Of a DNA stretch of 19,468 bases, positions 1-8,356 are shown piece after piece. The notes under the pieces were generated by a model, which saw only the letters and a program-made list of their open reading frames with translations, searched no databases and was not told where the DNA came from. A program made the position numbers and the translations under genes. Within the stretch, counting starts at the first letter, position 1. Each line of letters begins with the position of its first letter. This DNA is from Paraspadella gotoi. Lineage: Eukaryota > Animalia > Chaetognatha. The stretch lies in NCBI GenBank assembly GCA_051294375.1, contig CM119267.1:2726290-2745757 (forward strand), written 5' to 3'.

Positions 1-288
1 AAAAAACCTATTATAAATTGCTTAATATACAATTCTCAACTTAGACGTTTATTTTATTTTGTCGGTAAAATTATTCTATCGGATTTTCTTTCTTTTCCTT
101 TTCTTTCTTTTTTCTTTCCTTCTTTCTTTCTTTCCTCCACGTTTCCTCCCTTGTTTTTTCTTTGCTCTTGCCTCTGTTTTCTTTCACTCCAGCTTCTCTT
201 TATTTTCTTCTGTTTTTTTGTTTTAGTTTGAAAAAGTCAACATCGACTCTCGCTTTCTGCGAGGACGAATACGCTTCACGTGTTGACG

Positions 289-290
<2 letters not shown>

Positions 291-364
<74 letters not shown>
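291..364. repeat. (CT)n/(GA)n microsatellite
   Basis: Near-perfect TC dinucleotide run; source of the SLSL/ERER ORFs at 162-391. Confidence 0.97.
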
Positions 365-455
365 TTCATAAATCCCCTCCAAAAGATTCACGGTCTACTC
401 TTTTCAATTTTTTCTCAATTTTTCCTCTTGACTCGTTTTTTCTTTAAGGATCTCA

Positions 456-472
456 AGGTCATTTTGAGGTCA
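456..472 (+). promoter_or_regulatory. DR5 nuclear-receptor half-site pair (RARE-like)
   Basis: AGGTCA-TTTTG-AGGTCA: two perfect half-sites separated by 5 nt. Function is inferred. Confidence 0.3.
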
Positions 473-1204
473 AATCTTTTTTTTAAAGCAAAACAAAGAA
501 AATTCAAATGCCACGTCGTCCTCGCATCGATCCCTCGCCATAGGAACGAAGATCGATCAAGAATTACACGTTAAACGCGCGTTAGCTACAATCATAAACA
601 TCCCGGTCTTCTTTTGACTGGAACATAAATGTTTGAAGTAAATAAGTTTACGATTTATTTCAATTGTATATTAAAATTTCGTTGTTTTTTAAACATTGAA
701 AAAAACCTATATCTCTTAATTTATTTCAAATATATTTAACTTTATATAAAAATTTAATTTGATATATTAAAACAAGTAGTTACAGTGACTCAACTTAACA
801 TTGAAAATACTCAAAATTATATTCGTTTATAAACGGACGGACAGACGGACGGACTGACGGTTTTCTATTTTTAAGTTATTACCGCTGCTTGTTTTTAATG
901 TTACTGTCGTCGTAAGAGTTGTTCGTTGTTGTTGTTGTTATTGTCTTTTGCCGCCAACTTCGGTGGAATTCACTTCCGGTTTATTAAACACGAAAGAGAC
1001 GAGAGAAGAAAAAGGTTTTGACAGGCGGGGATTTTAGGCTGAGAGGAGGAGGAGGAAGAGGAGGAGGAGAAAGGGAGCGAAGATAGAGAGAAGAAAGGAG
1101 GGGAAAAAAGGGAGAGAAGGGCTAAGATAGAGAGATGGGTTGTGAGAGTCAGAGACAGTCAATGAGAGGCTTTCATTTTTGTCGAGATGTGATTACTAGG
1201 GACA

Positions 1205-2078
1205 TAGGGCTTAAGCTAGAGCCAAACTTCGTCAATGGGGTGGGTCAGAAGTTTGATTTGGAACCTTCCAAATGAAACTTCATACATTCTGAGAAAACTT
1301 TCATGGAGCAAAATTTTCTAAAATGGCTAAAAGCATTAGTAATTATTTTTTATATATTATTTATAGATATGCAAATGTAAAAATTTTTTTGGGAATTTTT
1401 TTTTTAAAAGCAGATTCAAATAGCTTATGAAAAGTTATCTACACAAAGTAAATTCTTTTTCAATTATTTTGATGATAAGTGGGCTAAAATTGGGAAAAAA
1501 CCTTTAAAAAATCATCATCATCATTCATCATTATCATCCGATGATTTTATAGTTTTTACTAATTTTTAGTAATAAAACATCAAAATTTTAAAAAGTTGTA
1601 TTATACTTTTTGCTTAAATTTTTAAGCTCTATCAGAATCCATTAAAAAAACTTAAAATATCCAAAAATAATTTTTGACATTATATAGCGATATAATAATA
1701 TTAATTAGCGAATTACTCATGGTTCTGAACATTTTTGCAAAAAAATATTTTAACACAATAATTAATACCAATAATGGATTAGTTTAATGCTGTTCCCATT
1801 AAAATTTGAATTTGGTCGGACACCGCTTAAGTTAAGCTGCTGTCTTTAATTCTCATAATGAAATTATATACAAAATACTTATATATGTCGCTTAGTTATA
1901 AGTTTAGAGGTACAAAATTTTTGAGTTATGCAAATTCTAGCAAAGGTACAACCGACAAACAGACCGATAGAAATCAACTGCTCAACAGCTTATAATTATT
2001 CTATGGTGCTTAATTATTTTATAATTATTATATTTATAATTATTCTATGGTGCTTTCAGCTTGGCTCTGGCTGAAAAT
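1205..2078 (+). mobile_element. Putative non-autonomous Helentron/DINE-1-like (HINE-type) element
   Basis: 5' CTTAAGCTAGAGCCAAACT (1210-1228) is an imperfect inverted repeat (15/19) of 2058-2076. 3' end has CAACCGACAAACAGACCGA, then hairpin TTTCAGC-TTGGCTCTG-GCTGAAA. Interior AT-rich and non-coding; internal 22-bp direct duplication (1990-2011/2034-2055). Boundaries approximate. Confidence 0.45.
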
Positions 2079-2548
2079 TCATCTTAATAATTAATTTCAA
2101 AATTTCAAGAAATAAAAAAAATTCAAATTTAATTATCTTATATTTCCGTCAATATTAAATTAAATATTATTTATGTTGAGGAGTTTTTAAAAAGTTAATA
2201 GCTATCCCACTCTGATTCTCAACAGGTGTCCTTCTCGTCGCCTTCGTCTTTTGTTTCCCTCTTTTGTTCTTTTTTTTCTGNNNNNNNNNNATCGATGGTC
2301 GATAACGAGAACAAATGAAATCTTCTGTCGCTTGAAATAAATGACGCTGGGGAACGGAGCTCCGAGACTGGGGTGTCACTGTTCGGCGTTTAAGGCCGGC
2401 GCTTGTCTGGTTGAGTCAGGGGGTAAACAAGCTCGATTCCAGCCAGCTTGTTTGCCATCGGCTCGTTCGCTTCCACCTTCAGAAAAAAAAGAAAGCGGAA
2501 TTTCCAATGTAAATCAGAATGGATCCTTCGTCTCGCGACGCGGCTTGA

Positions 2549-2919
2549 AAGGTAAGGCGACCCGAAGCGAAAAGGTAAGTGAATTTCTCGCGGTTCGGCA
2601 GCCAGGACCGAAAGGAGGTAATAAGNNNNNNNNNNAAGGGTCGCGTATCGAAATGAACATCGCAGAAGGTAAGTCCATCCACTCGACGGGTCAGTTTTCC
2701 AGATGACGATCTCGCTCGATCCCTCGATCAGACGCCGCGCAAGGGTAAGGAAATCTGGTCGATCGTGGGTAAGGAAATCTTGTTGAGGCCATCGAGGGTA
2801 AGGGATCTCATTGTCGCGTCGTTCGTGAGTTTGTGAGAGATGGAATCGAAAGATGAGAAGAAATCTTGGAAGTAAGGAAAGGTAAGTTTAGACGCCGAGG
2901 CCGCGAGGCGAGGGTAAGT
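2549..2919 (+). promoter_or_regulatory. Dense array of U2-type 5' splice-site motifs (candidate multi-donor exon / U1-binding array)
   Basis: GT positions: 2552 AAG|GTAAGG, 2575 AAG|GTAAGT, 2618 GAG|GTAATA, 2669 AAG|GTAAGT, 2690 CGG|GTCAGT, 2745 AGG|GTAAGG, 2769 TGG|GTAAGG, 2798 AGG|GTAAGG, 2825 TTC|GTGAGT, 2833 TTT|GTGAGA, 2872 GAA|GTAAGG, 2882 AAG|GTAAGT, 2914 AGG|GTAAGT. No CTTACC in the same interval. Confidence 0.65.
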
Positions 2920-2957
2920 CGGATATTCGAGTATTAGTCTTCGTCCTTTTTATCATT

Positions 2958-3001
2958 TCGTCGTCGTCGTCTTCGTCGTCGTCGTCGTCGTCGTCGTCGT
3001 C
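2958..3001. repeat. (TCG)n trinucleotide microsatellite
   Basis: Tandem TCG/GTC units with one interruption, just downstream of the last donor motif. Confidence 0.95.
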
Positions 3002-3726
3002 CTATTTGCTTCTTTCCTATATGCGAATTCTGAAAACAGACTAATTTTAAATGTTAAGTTTACTTTTTTTAATGTAATGTCGACGAACAGACATATATTA
3101 TATTTTATATTGTCGATTTTTGCCATTATACGTTATTTAATGTTTATAACTTTTTAACTTGTTATTGTTTCATTCTCTTTTATTTGACGTAAATTATTTT
3201 AGACAGGCTGTTCCTTAAATTTGTGGCCGAGAAATTTGAGCGCAAAATTCATTCGCTCTTTTTAGTCAAATGCTCAAATCTAATAAATGTTATAATTTAA
3301 ATCTAAAAAAAGAGCACATCGACTGTTATCTCATAAACCATTTCAATAAAATTATCCTTAGAATTTTTCACCCTCTCTTCTCTCTCCTCTCTCTCTCTCT
3401 CTCTCATCTCTCTTCTCGTCTCTCTCCTCCTCTTCCAGCGAATCACTGGCGCCGTTGTTGAATATAAAAGAGAATTTGTTCGGCGATAAAATTGTTTTTT
3501 TTCCCAAATTTATTCCTTCATTGCTTAAGACATCACCTCGGACTGCCTCGTAAAAAATGTTTTCAAAAATACCGAAAAACACGTTTTTTGCGTTTTGGGG
3601 GCATAAATGCGTGAGGAATCGCGGGGAAAATAAAAAAGAAAAAAAAGAAAGAAAGAAATGGCATGTAAATAAGATCGACATAAGAAATACTTAGGATCTT
3701 TCTGAGTTGAGAAAAGAGAGTGAGGG

Positions 3727-3729
<3 letters not shown>

Positions 3730-3791
<62 letters not shown>
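3730..3791. repeat. (GA)n microsatellite
   Basis: GA run with one slip. Confidence 0.97.
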
Positions 3792-3794
<3 letters not shown>

Positions 3795-4338
3795 AACAAT
3801 AAAGAGGAAGCCTTCAGGGTAAGTTATCACTCCCCCCCTACTTACCCTCATCCCTTTTTGCCTCCGTCGTTTCGAGGCGACAGAAAAAGATAAGAATCGA
3901 ATTCGAAAAGATGAAAGAGAAAAAGAAAATTAGCGGAAAAAGAAGAAGAAAAATACTCGAAGATAATGAAAGAAAAAAAGGGAAAGTCTCTATGAAAAAG
4001 AAAAAAAAACAAGAACGGTAATTCCAATGTGTTGCGCCGCAGTAACTGCCTTATCACATGTATTTCTTATGACATGACATGATGTGACATGACATGACTA
4101 CAATAACTTTCTTAGCCCATGTATAAGACACACTGCATAGGAATTACGTCTTTTGTTCTTTATAGTTTTAGGATTTCCTGAAGGTGGCGTTAGAAGTCCC
4201 TTAAATTTAAGGTTTTTTTCAGTCTGAACAAATGAGCAAGTCACTCTCGGGGAATTATATGCAATTTTAGCACAGGTGGGACTGACCGACGGACAGACAT
4301 ACCAACGACCGACCAAAAAGTGACTTATAGAGAATAAA

Positions 4339-4753
4339 AACAAGAATCTTAATTCCCTGTATCGCGAAATATGTATTTCACATAAAACAACCAAAAATGA
4401 ACGTATTATGCTGTATTTATTTTGTGATCATATAACCGTGATTTCATATAGTCATGTAATTACATAAGTATAATATATATTATATAGGCTTAAAAAGCGT
4501 TTATTCACAACTTACTAATATGCTAATTATTATACTGCAGTGAATTTCTGGTCATGTGATGACTTTTTAGGTGATCATGTGACTCAACATTCAAGGTCTT
4601 ATGGTACCAAATATTAACTTAATTGACGGCGTATTACCCGAGTTATAAGCAGTTAAAACATAAGTGTAATAGACCAACCGACAGACCGATCGAAAGACCG
4701 ACCGTAAACGACTGATATAGTTGCTCCGCGAGTACTCGCGGCGCAACTAAAAA
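4339..4753 (+). mobile_element. Putative HINE/DINE-1-like element ending in a 30-nt palindrome
   Basis: GAGTTATA, then (GACC/GACA)n tract (4672-4712), then AGTTGCTCCGCGAGTACTCGCGGCGCAACT (4719-4748) and AAAAA. The same terminus recurs at 9459 and 12779. A related truncated fragment lies at about 4250-4335. 5' boundary uncertain. Confidence 0.55.
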
Positions 4754-5290
4754 GGAAAAATGATGAGAATAAAAAAACGTGAGAAAAAGAGTGAAAATTC
4801 GGCGATAGAATTAGAGCGAAAAAGAGGAGGCGACGCCTATCGGCGGAGAGAAAGGAAATTGGGTAAAAAGCGAATCCAAACAAAAGACGCAAGAGGGCGA
4901 AAACAAAAAAAACAAAAGATCTCTCTGTCTCTTACTGGAAATGGAATCCCGATCCCCGAACGGACTCGCTGAGTGTCTCTCGAGTTTCTGCTTTTGTTTT
5001 TTTTTGTTTTTCCTGTTTTGGGAGGTGTGGCAAGAACGAGGTCCTGTTTTTGATGAGACTATCCTAAGTTCCCAAGTCATTGGATGAGGTTGAGAGAGAG
5101 AGAGAGAGAGAGATTTGATTTGATTTGATTTTGTGATGCTCAAAATGTAAAAATTTAACACAGTAACAATGGAATTGTTAATGAGCTGTACATATTAAGG
5201 CGGAAACAGGTAAAAACTAACTAAGAAAGTTCTTGTCATTATAAATAACGTTAAAGCATCCCTGTGGTATAACGAAATAAAAAAAACAAA

Positions 5291-5323
<33 letters not shown>

Positions 5324-5412
5324 GAGATACTCCCCACAGGGTTAAGCCAGGTAAAGAATACTTTGATTAGAAAGCCTTATGGTGGACTAAAACCCACCAA
5401 CCGTTCATCACG

Positions 5413-5660
5413 CGGCCATTGGTGGCGGAGGCAAGTCATTCGCCTCCCAACCCAAAGGTCCGGGGTTTCAGCCCGGTGGTCGTCTGGCAGTTAAGAGGGA
5501 CGGGGCGCTTAACCCGCCCCCCTTGTAACATCGGTGTTACAGCCTGATCCGAAGCTAAGGGACTGCTTATATTGAACGGTTTCTGTCATTAACACATATC
5601 AATAATTACTGTCTCTTCATTGGTGAAGCCCGACTTCCGACAAACAACAACAACAACAAA
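5413..5660 (+). mobile_element. tRNA-derived SINE-like element, full copy
   Basis: 70-nt tRNA-like head 5413-5482: acceptor-like pairing CGGCCA/TGGTCG, A-box-like TGGCGGAGG, T-arm CCGGG-GTTTCAG-CCCGG with B-box-like GGTTTCAGCCC. The anticodon arm does not pair. Structured body and (CAA)n tail at 5641-5660. A second copy lies nearby. Confidence 0.7.
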
Positions 5661-5814
5661 TTTCAGGCGACATGACTCACCATAGGCAGATGCACTATTC
5701 TCGCCCACAACACATCAGGTCGACATGCACATGCACTCACTTTCGCACTCCACCAAAAGCAATTCACTGAAGAGACTGAAAGACATCTTTCCTACGGGAA
5801 AAGGGAAGGGATGA

Positions 5815-6078
5815 ATGGTCGGACTAAAACCTTCCAAACCGTTAACAATCACTGAGGGCCAAATTTTGTGCCGGGAGGGCAAAGTATCGATTTCGCACAC
5901 GTCCCAACCCAAAGGTCCGGTTCAACCCGGTGTCGTTCTGACATTAAGAGGAGGGCGCGTCGCTTAAAGCCTCGCCTGTAAAGCAGTGGCTCGTTTTACA
6001 GGCTGAATCCGAAGCTCAGGGACTGCTTATATTGAACGGTTCTGTCATTAACACATATCAATAATTACTGTCTCTTCA
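5815..6078 (+). mobile_element. Second, 3'-truncated copy of the SINE-like unit
   Basis: Aligns to 5379-5619: shared GGACTAAAACC, TCCCAACCCAAAGGTCCGG, B-box-like GGTTCAACCC. The last ~60 nt (AGGGACTGCTTATATTGAACGG...TCTCTTCA) are identical except one T; the 5' part is indel-rich. Confidence 0.7.
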
Positions 6079-6372
6079 ACCTCACCCTAAATCTCTTCTC
6101 TCTCTCTCTCTCCCTCTCTCTCTCTCTTCTCGGACGACTTTTTATGCAAACGAGGAAAGCCGCTTTAGGATGACTCTGAATAATCATGCTCTCTCTCTCT
6201 CTCTCCTTCTCTCTCTCTCTATCTCTCTCTCTAATAATAAGTGTTATTGAACAAAGACGCCGGCAACGGCATTAGAAAGTCCAATCTACTTGCTTAATGC
6301 TTGTAGTAACGTCAAAATTCGAGTCACATTTCTCAAAAGAATGCGCCGTCAATATAGATCGGAGAGAGTGAT

Positions 6373-6426
<54 letters not shown>

Positions 6427-7019
6427 CACTGCAATAACTTTATCTACAGCAAGATCGATTTACTGCGAATGGTCTCGCTTCTGTTTCAGCCGTCGATAAC
6501 TCGATCTCAGATTCTTGTCTAAATTGCTCTCGGTCAGAGGCGTTCCCTACTGTATCTTCGTCTCATTCGATGCTCTCTGTACAATTTCAGTTTCGTCGAA
6601 TGACGTTTTTAAATGAATATTGTTTTGCAATAATAAATTAGATATAACAAGGTAACATTATTTTATATAAAAACATTAAGAACAAGATAAAGTAAGACAA
6701 GGTAAGTATCGAAAATTAGAGACCGAATTTATCACTCTCACCTTCTCTCCTAAATTCACGAAATCCACACTCACAGTAAATCCCATTATTGCAATACCCT
6801 CGAAATTTTATGATAATTTTGGAACATTTGGCAAAAAATGCTATCGATGATGTACGATGTGTCACCAATGTGAAATGCAAATTAGATTTAGCTGTCATCT
6901 TTGTTTCCTTGGACTTTTGGATGCTGGACAAAGAAACGCGACGAATCAAAATTTGATAAAAAAACAATAAACCGACTATCGATCTCACGATGATCTCAAC
7001 CCCCACGCGTGTCACTAAA

Positions 7020-7058
7020 TGACCTCCAAATGACCTCCAAATGACCTTCAAATGACCC
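7020..7058 (-). promoter_or_regulatory. Chain of four RGGTCA half-sites at DR5 spacing (11-bp tandem repeat)
   Basis: + strand: TGACCT-CCAAA-TGACCT-CCAAA-TGACCT-TCAAA-TGACCC. Confidence 0.4.
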
Positions 7059-7506
7059 CATCTTCCCTTCCCTAATTTTCCTTTTTTTTTCTCCTTTGTT
7101 TCTTATCTCTTCTTATTTTCGTCGGTCAAAATTTGGATTTAGTCTTGGCCTCGCGATCCTTTGATCCACCGAGGAGGAAACTTTCTTTTCTTTCCTCCAC
7201 TTATTTTGATTTTCATTCTACTTCTCTTTTCTTCTCTCTTTTCTTACCTTTCTTTTCTTTTCTACTTGCCCTCTCCTTAGTTTTTCTTCCTTTCTCTTAT
7301 CTTGTCCTTACCTTTCTTTTCTTTTTTCTTCTTCTTTTCTGTTCTTTTCTTTATTTTTCCTTATTTTCTCTCTTCAAAGCGTCAAAAAAAGTCTCTTCAA
7401 TAAAAGAAAAAAAAGCCAAACGGATTCTTCCTTTTCGTTTCCTCCCTCCTTTCTCTTTCCTCCTCTTCCTCCTCTTCCTCNNNNNNNNNNTCCTCCTTCT
7501 CAAGTG

Positions 7507-7668
7507 GCCTCATGGCCGCCAATAGAGATGGCATCAGCGATGCCCATCTTAACCGCCATCTCCTCGCTCGCCATCCCCCCCCCTTCCCCGCCGCGGCCGT
7601 GTCTTCTTTCCTCCTCCTCCTCCTCCTCGATGGCCATCTCGACCTCTTTTGGCTCCGCGGCCATTTTC
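7507..7668. promoter_or_regulatory. GC-rich island with YY1/PHO-type GCCAT motif cluster
   Basis: GCCAT on + at 7555, 7570, 7633, 7660; on - (ATGGC on +) at 7512, 7528, 7630; also GCCCATCTT at 7542. Includes CCGCCATCT and GCGGCCATTTT, close to the YY1 consensus CGCCATNTT. Confidence 0.5.
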
Positions 7669-8039
7669 TATTTAGATTTGTCAATACGATTAAAAATTCG
7701 CCTTTCGAGAAAGAGGAAAGGAGGAAAAAAAGAGGAAAGGAGGAAAAAAAGAAGATAGGAAATGTCGGAGATGTTATGAAAGAGAAGATATACTGACTGT
7801 TTTGAAAGAAAGAAAGAGAAAGAAAGAAAGAAAAAAGGAAAGAAAAAATTATGCCACTTCAAATAGTCTTGGAGGGAATTAAGTCTACTGATATTCTGAT
7901 TGATTCTTGTGTAGGGTCCTTCGTATGTTATTGAAGTTCTTAACTCACCATATTGCCTTGTCAAAAATTAATAGGACAAGGTAGCTTATTTATAAATGAT
8001 TGAATAATTTTATCNNNNNNNNNNNNNNNNNNNNNNNNN

Positions 8040-8356
8040 GCCGGAATTATCACTCGGCGGCGTCACAATCTTTGCGCAGTGGAGTTTGAATCGTCGGGCA
8101 ACGGTGACAGAATTACTGCATCACGCAGGGGCGTCGAAATACTGAAGCAATTGCGTTGGAATCATCTGAAAGGGGCGTTGTAACCATCTGGAATCGTTAG
8201 TAAGTGGCGTTTTGATTGGTGAATGGCATCAGAATCGTCAGGTAGCCGCGTCGGAATTAACAGGCAGAGTTATCAGGCATATTTATTAGGCATAGTTATG
8301 AGAAATAGTTATCAGGCATAGTTATCAGGCATACATATCAGGCTGTGGCATCGGAA
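8040..8356. repeat. Degenerate ~22-bp minisatellite grading into a 13-bp tandem repeat
   Basis: Units resembling GGAATCATCAGGCAGTGGCGTC (e.g. GGAATCATCTGAAAGGGGCGTT, GGAATCGTTAGTAAGTGGCGTT), then ATCAGGCATAGTT-type units at about 8267-8343. Confidence 0.65.

Noticed and set aside
971-980. ETS-type motif CACTTCCGGT as a promoter
   Set aside because: Single site with no other support for a transcription start.
2341-2706. 121-aa + strand ORF across the donor array
   Set aside because: Spans an N gap of unknown true length, no recognisable domain, and the sequence is better explained by splice-site motifs.
2549-2919. Spliced-leader RNA array or tiny-intron micro-exon gene
   Set aside because: No repeated leader or Sm site between donors, and most donors have no acceptor before the next donor; only 2669-2702 (34 nt) looks like a possible tiny intron.
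4552-4584. Two TCATGTGA M-box motifs
   Set aside because: Lie inside a probable HINE-like repeat body where such motifs recur.
5413-5482. Functional tRNA gene
   Set aside because: Anticodon and D arms do not pair, the T-loop is non-canonical and a SINE-like body and (CAA)n tail follow.
5543-5620. TPP riboswitch (CCTGATC...AGGGA), HDV-like (GCTAAGGGAC), twister or hammerhead (minus TGAAGA...GAAAC) cores
   Set aside because: TPP lacks P5 and the UGAGA motif; no P2 partner or nested pseudoknot for HDV; hammerhead lacks C3 and stems II/III; twister core elements absent.
7905-7930. 8-nt microexon TAG|GGTCCTTC|GTATGT and similar 8-nt candidates near 6741-6748 and 7950-7957 (minus)
   Set aside because: Weak splice signals, frame-shifting and expected by chance in 19 kb; untestable without transcripts.
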